Program-made: the position numbers and the translations under genes
The notes under the pieces: model-generated
Seen by the model: the letters and a program-made list of their open reading frames with translations, nothing else
What the model was told of the DNA's origin: nothing
Database searches by the model: none
Shown: positions 13,176-26,436 of the stretch, one piece after another
How positions within the stretch are numbered: the stretch's first letter is position 1
Layout of the letters: each line of letters begins with the position of its first letter
From: Bigelowiella natans CCMP2755
Lineage: Eukaryota > Protista > Cercozoa
Direction: 5' to 3'
Assembly: GCA_000320545.1 (NCBI GenBank)
Contig: ADNK01000778.1
Coordinates: 1-64,000, forward strand
Length of the DNA: 64,000 nt

Positions 13176-14348
13176 TCAGGGAAGTCGAGAAATAATATCG
13201 CTAAGTACAGCCTCGCTGAACACATTGGGGCGCTTTTCAGTGGAGGGATAAAGGGTAGCAAGCCTCTTATGATCAAGATTTACATGAATTATAGTCCAGC
13301 CCACGTCTCTCAACCCTTCTACCATCACCTTCAGTGTCTTTTCCTTTGCATCCCCATTGAAATAGGGCAAGATCTTATCACTACTGGGATCCTTTTTTTT
13401 TTCATGTAATCTTGTAATGAGAACAGGATTTTGGCCAATCTTCAATCCTATCTTCTTTCCCTTGTCAGAGTCCACGGATCCCAAAGACACCGTGTTGTCA
13501 ACTGATATCCCTGACGAAGCAAATGCAACTATGCCGTCGTCCCAAATGGGCGCATAGCTTATTCTAGCCTTGAATCGTTTCAATACATCTATGTATGCTC
13601 CTTCGGCCAGTCTTAGCAACAGTGGAGCTTTGTCGTCGTCGGTCAAGTACAGCTCTTTCCCAGTCCTAATCCAGCCCATGAGCCAAGAATTCCACTGTGT
13701 GTACAAACAACGCACACCTAGGTGAGGAGTTGCAAGAGTTATCAACATTCCAGGCAAGATGTCGCTATTTAATCTTGCGATTTTTTTTCCCCCCTTGGTC
13801 TCCTGATCTATCGCTTCCTTTCCAAACAGTAGTTTAGCGGCCACCCTTGAGTATAGCCCACCTAATGAGCTCCCTATGAACGAAAGATACTCTAGTTTCG
13901 GAAATTCTGCTGCAATTGTTACAATTTCCTGAGCAATTCGCTGTCCCCCTTCATATATGCCGTCTGAGGTTTTCCAGAAAGTGCCGACGTCCCAGCTAGA
14001 TGAGTTCGCTCTGCAGATATACGTCCATCCTCCCTTCTTCAATGTTGCAGCGTCTATTCTTTGCTTCACATAAAACCCATGACGAGCTCCCGAGCTCCCG
14101 AATCCATGAACGAATACGTAGAGGTGGCGAACTGACGAGGGGTCGTCCGGAAGTGTCGGAGGGGAACGCACGTTCGTCATCAGGATTTCTCCTGGACGCA
14201 TTTCCGAGAATTATTCAAGTCGCAATGCAAAAACAAAGGCAATCGTGCCTGACTCACCTTCCGACCACTCCCACAATTCATTTGTTTGGCATGCGAGCAG
14301 TTCTGGGCCCATCTTCTTGCTAGAGTTGATGCCATGCGTCATCGCCAT
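13176..14348 (-). CDS. DUF676 / ROG1-FAM135-like putative lipase (alpha/beta hydrolase)
   Basis: ORF 13176-14201: HLYVFVHGFGS, TSDGIYEGGQRIAQEI, LSFIGSSLGGLYSR, ITLATPHLGV, TGKELYLTD, DDGIVAF. A probable GTGAGT..CAG intron at 14257-14192 extends the frame to a Met near 14348. Confidence 0.85.
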
Positions 14349-15028
14349 CAGCACACAGCGCTGTCGTCGTTCAGCTGTCAGAGATCAGAGATGATGCATT
14401 CAATGTTTGGTTCGTGCCATTTTGCACGATCCCCGCTAGCTTGCTAGTCCGTCCTCACTGAAGCCAGTTCGAGGCACTGCATTTCGCACTTTGCAAGTGT
14501 CATGTCACACTTTGGAGGTGTGGTTTTTCATCATTGTTCATTGTTCATTCATTCATTCATTCATTCATTCATTCACTTGTTCATGTGCTAGGGTGAAGTG
14601 GCCAATCGTGAAAGATGGTCGTTGACAGACTTCCAGTAGAACATGAAGGTGCACTTCCAGCAGAATGTGAAAGTTCACCTTCTTCTCACAGGCTAGCAGG
14701 GACCACGTGTTCTTCTCCTTCTTTCACCTGTCAATCAGACGTCGACTCCCTGGATTGTGCTCAGAGAAATTTCCCCAATCGAATTGATTCTGAGAAACAG
14801 CAGCCAGTGAACGGCATGCCCAAAGCAACCATGACTGCTCCCACGGAAGAAGAGCTAGCTTCTGATTTCTGATCATTGGCAGAGCATTGAATGAAAGTCA
14901 ATGAAGTTGCAGCTTTGGAACCACAAGTTTTCATTCTCAACGATGTGACTCGGAGTCGTCGTCATCAGTCATTGTGCCTAGACGAGCATGAGCGTCGATG
15001 ACGTTGCTGACGCTAGATGCACATCATT
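14214..15028. other. TpA-depleted, TG/CA-rich island (putative A-to-G hypermutated tract)
   Basis: Hand count gives 9 TpA in ~815 bp, 8 in CTAG and 1 in GTAG. Flanking 60-bp lines carry several TpA each. CpG and ApT remain common. Confidence 0.85.
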
Positions 15029-15413
15029 TACAAGCGTTGATGAGTGCATGACAACTGGAAATTTTCGCGTGTGTGACAAAAAACAAAAATTGCTAACTTC
15101 AGCACTTGAATGTGATGAGAAGCCTGCTGTGACAAATGATGCATTGCATGCACCATGTTTTACCAAGCGCGTGATTTCAAAATAATCAAGATGATTGTGC
15201 GATTCGTGGAGAGATTTTTCTTATATTACAGATTGCGTGCGCGCAGCATATCAGTGTCATGCATGCAAATATGCGAGTAAGTAGCTGATACTTTAACAGT
15301 AAAACGGTCAATGATTCTTTCTTATTCTCTACATCATCGCAGTGAGACTAGCTACACTAGAAAGCTAGGCTGTACTAAATATGGCTATACATTATCCAGA
15401 ACATTATCCAGAG

Positions 15414-16840
15414 CTAATAATAATTGGGTGTCGGGCTATCTGGTTTGTCACTTGCTAAAATCTTTCCCGTCCCTCCTCCTAAATCACCGTTATTTTCCTC
15501 ATGTGTAGCTCCTTTTGGAGGAGGACGCAACCTTTCATCTCGCAGATTTGCATCCAATATAATGCGGAGGGTGACCAATTTAGAGCTGGCACCGCCTGTA
15601 AAATACGCATAAGTAATTTACTAGTTTTAAGAGTACAAGAGACTATGTTAGAAAGTTTGTTTCTCATACTTGATCCAAGCTCAATTGTTGTGAATTCTGA
15701 TTACACATGAGAAGTAAGATATCAAGGATAAAGTCAAGACTGATTCCATCCATTCACACTTGCTGTCAGCAAAGCTACTAACCCGGTCTGAAGCCAATAT
15801 CCGTAGCACCTTCTTCCTCTTGCAGGTACAACGATCCCAACGCAATTCCAAGAATTGCCGCGTGCACTGAGGAGGGGCCTACAATATTAGAATCAAAGTT
15901 GCTTAAATATTTCGATTATCCCAATGTATAGGTGGGGTTCCAGAAGTTGAGCAGTATATACCTATCGCTGCGAGCATTAACGCTTGGCCTAGTGTGTTAT
16001 CAAATAATCACGTAATTACAAAGTCTGGAAAACATATTCTATGACAGTCAGCACTCACCGTGCTTGAGCTTTGATGATATTGTCTTAGCTACTAAGTCAG
16101 GTTCACTAGTACGCGCAACTCGCAACTGCGTGAATCACACAACGAGGAAAAAATCAGATTTGACCAAGACATGTCTCGTCAATTTCCCTATTCACTTACA
16201 ATCTACGTTGCTTTCTCTCCCCCATCTGTCTCTTCCTCTTGACGCACCTCTTCCATCAGCCTCCTAATACGAGCTGGATCAGCCTGATAGGCAATAGGTT
16301 ATTTCATCGCAAGCAGAATAATAAATTAGGGAGGCATTGTGTGAAGTGATGATGAAAGGGGATAAGGAGGACGATCTGATAAAGTTCCGACGTATTTCAT
16401 AATGAGAAACAACTCAAAGATCGACAGACTGGCAAACGAGTTGTTTATGCTACCTCTTCACGGATGTTGAGATCAACGGTACCGTCCTCATTTATATTTA
16501 CCACCTTGAAGAGTGGAAGGAGAGCATGATTCCATGAAAAATACAACAAATTCGTCTAGCATCTACTGCTATCATAGAAGGTTTAGAGTAACAACTGACC
16601 TCCCCAGGGATCCAAACGCCGTGAGTAGAAGAGTTATACTCAATAATCTCGCCCTGGTGATATGTATGAGTACATGATTAGAATTAAATGAGAAAGCAAC
16701 TGCTTCATCGCTCATTTCTGTTTTAGAAGTCCAAACCAATTGGAGCGGAGGCTCTGGCTCGGGTGTGAAAGGAACCACTTCTAGAGTGCAAGCCCAAGTC
16801 AACTCCTCCCTGTGTTAATATAAATATGAACATATAAATA

Positions 16841-16874
<34 letters not shown>

Positions 16875-18441
16875 CGCGCATATATTTATACTTGTAATAT
16901 AAATGTGTGTGTCTGTGTATCGCATGTACGTGGGCGGTATCCTAAACTCATGAAGGAAGGTAACAATGAATTGAGGAGGGAAAATACCTGGGATGCATCC
17001 GAACGTATGCAGTTAAGTCAGAGCCTAGCTTCTCCAAGTTCCCCTGGACGCCAGTCTCCTCTGTGTCAATGTTTTTAAGTCTCACCAACGGCTAGTGATT
17101 TCCGCCAAAATGAATGACACTCACCCCCTCCTTCAGTCTTTGCTATCGTTGAAGTCTCTTCTGCCCCAATTTCAGCGGCAGTTGCTACGTAGCTCTCGCG
17201 CATCTTCGCTTTAGTTTCCCTGCGAAGTTTATACAGTAACCACTTTTTAGCTGTTGCATCAGTCTCAATTTATGGACGCTAGCCCACCTCTCAGTGATCC
17301 AATTCTTTCGAGCTACAGCAACGGCTTTGACAGCCTGGTTTATCGCGGCCATTCCACGAGCATGTAACACAGCCTTGGGAGGTTTTTCCTCTGCATTAGA
17401 CGGCGACTCCTACACAGAGTTAAGTTGAAGGCCATCGCAATCAGGCAGAATGTAGGCGGTTTGTATTAGTGGTTCTTAGAAACAACCGTATTAGAATTTG
17501 AGTTAAGAGGTGACTCCATCTCAGAAAGCTGAGAGGCCAAAGCGTCACGAATGAGCCCGGCTACGACTACAGGGCGTGAATTTTCTGTGATCTGCATAAT
17601 AAGGGTTTTGCATTCCCGTCATTTAGTGGTACATCTATCTCTCAAGAAGATAATCGTGTGCTGTCGTCGTAGTAGGAAAGCTACACCTCAATGGGATTGG
17701 GGGCCCCTGGAATAGGATGAAGGTCCTTCTCCGAATCCAACGATTTCAAATGGTTGAAGTACTCCACCGGAGCAACTGCCAAGGCGTAGAAGAAGACAAT
17801 TGACATCGTTATTAAGATAATTTTTATTAGATATTATTGGGGAGACTATCTGTAAAATAAAGAAAAGGGAAAAAAAGTTCTTGTATTGGGATGACTTCGT
17901 TGCAGTATCTGCTGAGCCCTTTCATAATCTGCCCTATCCATAATTTGTTCACGGTTGCGAGGCACACGGGAGTTCTCCTTTCGGCGGGAAGCTTGGCTGC
18001 GAACTTCTGAATCTCCTTTTGATGATTTTAATCGTCTTAATTTCGAAGAGCGAACACCTTATATTAACAGGTGAACAGGATAAGATCTACATGTGGCATT
18101 AGAATTTTTTGAATTTTTTAGGTGCAACCGTTCGACATCTCGATCTTGTATTTGGAAGCTCTTGACAAAAGTGAAACGGAACCTCTCGCCAGAGCCTGTT
18201 GGCCTCTGAGCTCCTGTAGGCTTGGCAAAGTCCCGATCATCATTTGTCGGTTTGTGTAATCCTGTCTATTGTTGCTTCGAAGAGGAACCGTTCGTAGTCC
18301 CGCTTCATCACTCGACCTCAGATTGAGTAATACGATATTTCCACAGAATAGTAATGCTATAAATGGGGAAAGAAGATGGAAAACTCTTCCACTACGCTCC
18401 CTGCCAACCGGCTGCCATCTCGCCAGCTGCGCTTTAGGCAT
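15414..18441 (-). CDS. spoVS: Protein with two SpoVS (Alba-like) domains and a bipartite signal/transit-like leader
   Basis: Leader MPKAQLARWQ...LLSPFIALLFCGNIVLLNL plus a basic stretch. Domain 1: ITENSRPVVVAGLIRDAL ... LHARGMAAINQAVKAVAVAR. Domain 2: LRVARTSEPDLVAKTISSKL ... LAAIGPSSVHAAILGIALG ... FRPEFTTIEL. Stop TAG at 15414. Confidence 0.8.
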
Positions 18442-19315
18442 CCTGTGGCCAAAGAGCGTTTGAGTTCTGTCGACGCTACTCGAGGTTTGGATATACCGAC
18501 ATTTATAATAAGCGACATACCAAAATCAAGCTAATATTTATAATACGTAGTCATGTTCAAAATTCAAATGACACGAGGAAGACTCGATTAAGACTTGATA
18601 CAAGCTGGGAAGTTTTCTCGATAGAAAACTGCCTGTGCGTACCTAAGAAGGCGCTTTTCGGAATACTTGTTACCTTAAGGTTAACTTATTAATCCCGGGA
18701 TTCGATTTGGAGATGATCAACAAATGCAACGGTAGGAAGAATTTACCTGTATTTTAAACGGGAGACACGACCCTACTCTTGCCGCTTGGCAGAGTATCGA
18801 AATTGAACTCAACGTTCACATTGAATTCCATGAATGTTCGAAAAAATCACTAGACGACAATAGCAGAATATTGTCTCTTGTGCGAATATCCCTTTGTGCT
18901 TACCATATGCTTCAAAAACAAATGCTGCTGAGAGATGTCCTCCCCCTGCACTGTGTGAACCGGGTAAAGACATTTTATCTGAGGGTTGAGGGTGAAGGGT
19001 TGAGCGTAAATATGAATCTTAAAGTATCTCGATAAAATTTCTAACAATAACTTGGACAACGAGAAATAGCGTGAATTTCAACCATTGTAAATAATACGCA
19101 CCCGAGCAACGATACATGTTTCCCCTAGTGCTCTTGATTTCTTGATCGGAAGGAACCAATGCAGTATTTTCTATTTCCATCCTTAGCCGTGACGGCTGAA
19201 TATTTCAAACCTAGTCTGACGAAAGTGGTATATGGACCAATAAATCCAGGCGTTAGGGCTCTAACTAGAAGAAGGGCTCATATCATTTTGCTCGACTGAG
19301 ATTCTCAAGAGAACG

Positions 19316-22300
19316 ATGTCGGCTCGTGGCGATCGAGAATTTCAGATCTTGAGGTCCACGTTCACTTGGTTGTTAATTTTGAAGCTTCTCACTTGCAATG
19401 GTTTCTGTTTCATCCTCAAGTTCGGGAACGGCATCCGATAGAAAAGACGCTCTGGACAGACTGAGGGCACGGGTAAAGCAGGATGGACTTCCAAAAAGCT
19501 TGGATATAAACAAACTCTTTGGGTATATTCTAGGATTTTTGAAAATTGCAAGAGTATCCCAGATATATAAATTGGCATTGAATTTTAAGGAACTATGGTT
19601 GTGTTATCCATCATGTAGGTGTCTAAACAAGTGCTTAGTGGATGAATCGTGGAGGTTCGCTTTCAACTTCTTCATTCCCTTGAAGTGCTTGATATTTATA
19701 TTTGCCAATCCCTTTTCTGTCAGTGTGTCACACCAATGCTTACTCCTTTTGGGGGAATTAGCACATCATTTGCAGTCAGACCGCAGGCTGAGTCGTCATG
19801 TAGATGGGTATTATCCAAATGGACTTATGGAATAAATTTCGAAAATCACATCTTTTGCCTTTGACTCTTCCACAGACTACTCCCGCACATTGTCATGAGC
19901 CTTGGATCACGAAAGGTATAGAGGGAATGTAGCTTCTGAATCTTCCTCCTTCCCCCCTCCCCCCCCTCTGTGTATGTGTTGTATGAGGAGAAACTTATTT
20001 TTGGTATTTCTATCGCCAGGGAACTACTCGCAAAGCTGCTCTAAACACGGTCCTGCTCTTGATGAAGTACTCGTTCAGCGCACAGGTTGCTTCCTTATAA
20101 AAGTCGTCCGTTCGAACGAATTGTGTTCTTCTAACGTAACGCTTATTTGCTCATCAGCATATCCTGAATGCTCTGGCCCAGAGCGGGTAGATATATAACT
20201 AAGATACATATATTGATATTCAATAATCCTTTTGAATAATCAGAATCACATCCATATAACTTTTTTTTGTGACTATCATAGCTTCAGCCATAGGGAGCCG
20301 CGAGTGCGTATGAACTCGGTATGACATCTCTGAAGTGGTTAAAATGTTTTCTTTGAAAGATCGTGACTTATTCTATTTTGTACATCTTGTTCTTCAACAG
20401 ATTATCGCGGTGCCTGACCTAGTCCAAGCGGTGAGATAAAAACACATACTCGCCGCAATATACTTGAAATGGACGTGCCAAAACCCTATCAAATCTAAGA
20501 TTTTCCCTGTGATTTGTTACTCCCAATAACATGCTTACAGTGATAACCTTTTCACTCATGCATGAAATTAGCTATGGTCATTATTGTTTGGTGTAACTAT
20601 TCTCAGGTACCGCACAGAATCGAGTTGAAGCAGGTGCTGTCATCGCTCATCACACATCTGGATGACTCGCAGGTGAATAATAGTAATATGGATAGGTGGT
20701 GTTTGTTGCTGCTGATATATAAGGATGAAATAGCAGTATTGCTACCTTCGACCGACTAGAATGGTTCGATGCTCATTTCTTGAATGATGTCCCCATTGTA
20801 TTCCTCTATCTAGGAGAGCGTCGCGGAAGCTGTGAAAGCGACTCTGAAAACCTTGTACAACACTCAAAAATCTGTACCACAGGTGAGTTGTCTTGAAACC
20901 CCGTCTGATGTTTGATCTCAACACTACCGTTTCACTCAACTCACTTAAAAAGCAATAATTCATATGGGAGGGGTACATACAAATTTTGTCAATATCATCA
21001 TCCTAGGACATAGACTGCTTTCGTAAGAGGCAATGGTGTCATATGAAAAAGACTTGCATGACTATCAGCTTGCATGGAGAAGTAATCCCTGATGGTTGGC
21101 GTTATCCTGTTGTTGTTGTTGTTGTTGTTGTTCATGTTGTATTTTCAGCTGGTGCTCAGGTTGGGATACAGTCATCAGCAGGCGCTAAAAAGGTGGGGAA
21201 CTTATTATTACGAGTTCAAGGAGGAGGAGGACCATTGAGTTACAAAAACGCATATTATTACATCGGGAGTATCATGGAAGCACTGATAGATGAGAGCGGG
21301 AAGCAATCACCAAGTCTACAATCAACAGCGGGGTGATGATAGCGTTCCAAACATCATTTAAACTGTACTTCCTATCCCCTCAGGCACATGCCTGATCTCC
21401 TCCAAAACCACAACGCACAGCAGCACCAGCAGCAGGTATCATCCAACGACCCCTCTTCTATTCATTGCACGAGCCGTTACACTGAGCGCGTAAGCACACG
21501 GCAAACAAACGCACATTGATCTTTGTTTGCATGAATCTTTACCTAGGTGAATTCCCGCTCTTCATTGGATATCTCCCAAATCCCTTCTTTTTCTGAAGTG
21601 CCGTCGCAGGTAATAGTGCATCGCTCAGTTTTGTAACAAATGATGATGATGATGATGATGATGAGACACATTACAAGTCATGGGTTGTTCTTGTCTTATG
21701 AATGTTCATTTCATACCAGTTCCACCAAACCCCGAGGAGAAGCGCAGGTTACTATTACAAATCCTCTGATTCTCGTGAAATAATATGCATTCTCGTGCAT
21801 TTGTAGTACCGATGATCGAAAGTCATGTATGTGTAAATAAAATAAGTGCACATATATAACATAGATATACACACATAACACCTCGACAGCAACACCATAT
21901 TGTATGTTCCAGTCTATGGTGACTACCTGCTAAGCTACTGTTGTAAATTTCGCCTTTTCAACTTTCCCCACCCAGATCTGGGCGAGTTCAAATCCCATTC
22001 TCGCAGCCCGAGACGGGAGCACAGGTAGCGCTCTTAGCACGTAGAATAGCACCAAGAAGCGCCCCCTAGCATGCAGTGTTGTTTCAATTCTAGATTCATG
22101 GATTCTTCTGAAGAACTTTTTCCTTTCAATGTAGTATCTCTTCAGCGTGTGAGAGAGATGGGCAGTCGTCAAGACTCAAATTCGGGTAATTGCCAACGAT
22201 ACTATGAAAACGCAAGCCCTCTTCAACAGAGTAACACATCCAACACAATGCTACATTATTTAGCTTCGTCCCAACCGATGTGATCGAACAGTTGCAAGCT

Positions 22301-23191
22301 AACCAGGAGTCAAAGGTACCGGTTCTAAAATCATTTTGATATTTGCACGTGTTCATAATTATCGCCTCCTGTTTTGATCGTAATGCTTACTGGTGCTGTT
22401 GTATCAATCAGATGTATAGAGCACGTATTACGGCTTCCGCACAGATGTACTGCTACCCTCACGCCCTTTCCTCTTCTTTCTTTTTGATGCGAAGAGGCAA
22501 AAAAAACCGCTTACAAACAATACGATGTATTTGTACTTCCGAGATTTATTCACTTATCCTCATTACCGACTGGAAAGAAGAACAATTTAACCGTTGTGTC
22601 TCTCACTGTTTAACGAGCAGACTGAATTTGATGAGAGAGAAAGACGATCTTGTGCGGACTATAGGTGATTGCCCTCTCAATTTCTGATATAGTTTTCATT
22701 GATTTGTTCGCTGGGAGGGAATAATGTTAACACTGCCTGGATAGTCGCTGCGTATCATTATGTGTAGCTTTCATTCTTTCAATGGCCACCGTTTGCTGAT
22801 ATAGCTCCACCACCCCCAAACTAATAACGGCGTGAACAACCTTCTGAGAACCGACATAATCTAGGCTCGGAGGTAGGGAACCTACTCGAGTTCCTTATTT
22901 TTGTCGTCAAAGATCGACATTTCAAGGTTATTTGATGGCGACATGTGTTGTTTACTAAAAGAGATTGTTGACTACCCCGGTTGTATATATATTAGAGCTT
23001 AAAACCTGTTTGAACAACAACCGGTTGTTTCTCTATTATCTAGGTGGTCATGAATGGGTTGACAATGATGAATACCTTCTTCCAAGCTCTCGGGCCTCTT
23101 ACGCAGCGATATCTACAGCGAGTGCTTCCGGTAGTAGAGGAATAGTATGTTGTTGTCGTCGTAGGAAGGAGTTGAATACTACTCATGTTGG

Positions 23192-23229
<38 letters not shown>

Positions 23230-23760
23230 ATGTAGCTCATTACGGTGCTATTGCTGCTGCTGCAGCAAGTTGCTAAAACTAGAAGCAATAGTAAAATGTG
23301 AAGTAGTTCAGGCTCGGATGCAGCACTACTACTACTGGTAGAAATAGTACTACCACTACTTTTACTAGCAGTTTCCGGAAGCTCGTGGGTATTAATGCCT
23401 CCTAAATATTCTCTCACTCCGTTTATTCATGCAGGTTTTGGTCCAGAAGTTCGCCGAAACGAAGCTGGTCATTCGGGTGGAGATGAAGCTGTTCAAAACA
23501 TTGCTGCTCAACTGCGGCGCAGGAGTCGTGACAGGCTCGCTGCTGACCCACCTCGCGGACGACAACTGGCAGGTGCGCATGCAGGTGGTGCATGTGATCA
23601 TCCTAGCACTGCTATGCTGCCAGAACGACCGGACTATGTCCTTCCACGATGTAAGTCTTCCAAACAACACGTAGCAGCATATACTACACTGTGGATAGGT
23701 CTGAGTTCTATTTACGTGTTCTCTTCATGTGTCTGAAAATATGGCGACTACTACTATTAT

Positions 23761-23791
<31 letters not shown>

Positions 23792-24362
23792 GCATTATCG
23801 CTATTCGACGGACGCAGCATCTTCCCCAAAACTTAGAACAGCAACCGAACACCCTGATCTAAACGTATATGGCCAATATCCCTTATTTCAACTTTGAGAA
23901 GCCTAATTGTGTTTACCTTCCCTTTTTCTTCTTCTTTCTTTGCACGTTGTTGTTGTTGTTGATGCTGCTGCTGATGCACCACTACAGATCGCATGCACCG
24001 TAGCGCTTGTAGTTGAAGACCCAACAAGAAAGGTGCAGCTGTGGGCAAAGGAGTGCTTGGCGATCCTCGCAGACTTACTTGGACGCCAGAGGTAGTAGTT
24101 GTTGTAGTACCACCACCACCACCACCACCAGTTGTAGTAGTAGCAAAGAATAATGATCATTGTTAAGGAGGAGGGGGAGGAAGAGAGACAGTGATTGTGC
24201 TTGTATTTGCATTGCACTACTCCGGTCTTCCTTGCTGAGAGGTTGTAACGTGCTTATCATATTCCCTCCCCGCACGACTACTTCTATCGACAGGCTGCTT
24301 GGTCTGCTGCGAGACAGGATTACCAGCGAGGTATTTATCATCATTCGTTTCAGAGAATAGAG

Positions 24363-24398
<36 letters not shown>

Positions 24399-25362
24399 AC
24401 ATCACGAGGGTATTGTGAGGGTGGCTCCAACACATACAAGCGGTTTTTGTCGATGTTTGGAAAGCAACACACTCACGGTTTTGTGCACTATCGTCAGGGA
24501 TATGAGATGGTGATCACGCGCCTGGACGACCCCAGGCTTCCAACCCTGCACGATGCGGTAACACTGAAACCAAGAAAACAGCAACCGAGGCGATAAGCAC
24601 CGACCTTCTGTTTCATTCTGATAAGAATCCGCCCCCACCAAACCCCCAAAATACTATATGGTTTTACAATCCCTCTTTAGGTTGTTTTCTAACAAATAAT
24701 CATCATTGCACGTTGTCGTTCTGTCCTTTGTGTCTTGTTCAACTGCGTTGCAGGATGTCGTATTTCCCTCGGGCAGCTCTGGCGTCGATTCATCATTTCC
24801 CTCACGCGTTCCTTCTCGAGCCCCCTCTCGAGGGTCAGACAGTGCATTTCTGAATTCAGATCTGCCGTGCCGTATTGAGAATTTATGAGATTGTAGCAGT
24901 GTAGCTTACATCCAGAGTTTCTGTCACGCTGTTCTCCCGCCGTCTTCCAATCGCCACCTCGCTCTCATCGTTCCTTCTTTGCTGTATTTTATTTATTAGG
25001 GAGACTCCGTACGGATCTAGAGCTCCTACCAGGTCTGCAGAAGATAAGATACGATGATGATAATGATAATGATGATAGTGATGTTGATCCAAACTTGTTG
25101 GTTATTAGCACCACATTCATTTACCAGTGTCTTAATACATCTGCTGCTTCTCGGCATCATCTTTCGTCAGGGGTGGCGATCGGAGCTCTTGGGTGGGGAA
25201 GGGCAGATTGTCGCACCTGCCCAATAGCAACATTGGAGGCTTCATTGGAGGGAACTCCCGCCCTAGTTCTAGATCTCCACCTCCATTAGCAGTGGTCAAT
25301 GCTTCGTGATCATGGATGCGACTGATTGCGTGAGCGCGCGTGTGTGTACAATTAGGGAAATG

Positions 25363-25413
<51 letters not shown>

Positions 25414-25549
25414 CTGAATGTATCTAATATCACGCAGGACCCACGATTCGATCTGAACCAGAAATTTACGTTCCCAGGAAGCGACATCTCAGGTAGGGTT
25501 TCATCTCATCATATTGTCACAGATGTTATTCTCTTTATATATATTGTGT

Positions 25550-25584
<35 letters not shown>

Positions 25585-26405
25585 ACTGGCGTCATATCCG
25601 ACTCACACAATTCATGAATACTCTAAAAAAAGTCTTGGGAGCTATGAGCCCAACCGCGCACATGGCTATACCGGAGGACGTCGAATCCCCCACCGAGTGG
25701 AACTACCCTACCGGATGGCAATCACAAGCACCCTCGCCCAAGAACAGTGACCTCTACTGCAATGCAAACAGTACGAACGAAACAAAAAACACGACCAACA
25801 ACAATAACGGTCCTCTCGAAGATTTGTCAGCATTAGGGTCGAAGATTTGTCAGCATTCATGTCACCTCGTCTATCACCACCACGGTGTATGTGAGCCGTG
25901 TATTCGTTTTTCTTACTTGATTAGGCGAGTTCAAAGGCGGGCGCACGGCCCCTGCGGTGAGAAGCAAGTTTTTTTTTTTTCCCCCAGAAAGAACCAAAAT
26001 GAAAGGAATCAATATGTACACTTACCTCGTAAAGAGTGGAGTTTGTATTGTATCTTCACATCGCTGCCTTCATCGTCTCATCATCTCATCATCTCATCAT
26101 CATCTCTCTTCATATCTTTCCTGCAGTCACTTCGCGGGGGAGAGACTGGCTTCACTTTTGAAAGGAAAAGCATTCGCGATCTGACTGACGGGTATGTATG
26201 AAATGTATGTATGCATGTATGTATGTATGTATGTACGGGATTGTTATCAATAACATTATCATCTGAACCCCTCTGCTCTCTGAGAATACCTATTATCCAT
26301 TACATATACTACTACTACTATCCTCCTCTCAGGAATAGTCGTACCAGCATGCCCCAATCTGCACCGGTCACAGGAAGGGAAATAGATGTAAGTACTAGAG
26401 TAGTA

Positions 26406-26436
<31 letters not shown>

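Noticed and set aside
14214-15028. Fungal-type RIP or 5mC deamination as the cause of the TG/CA excess
   Set aside because: RIP creates TpA and CpG deamination depletes CpG; here TpA is lost and CpG is retained.
15389-15412. 12-bp tandem duplication ACATTATCCAGA as a target-site duplication
   Set aside because: The copies are adjacent with no element between them; simple slippage is enough to explain it.
18650-19230. Possible small extra gene between SpoVS and TOGARAM1 (e.g. minus-strand MEIENTALV...)
   Set aside because: Splice-like signals occur on both strands but no coherent protein could be assembled; may be UTR or promoter.
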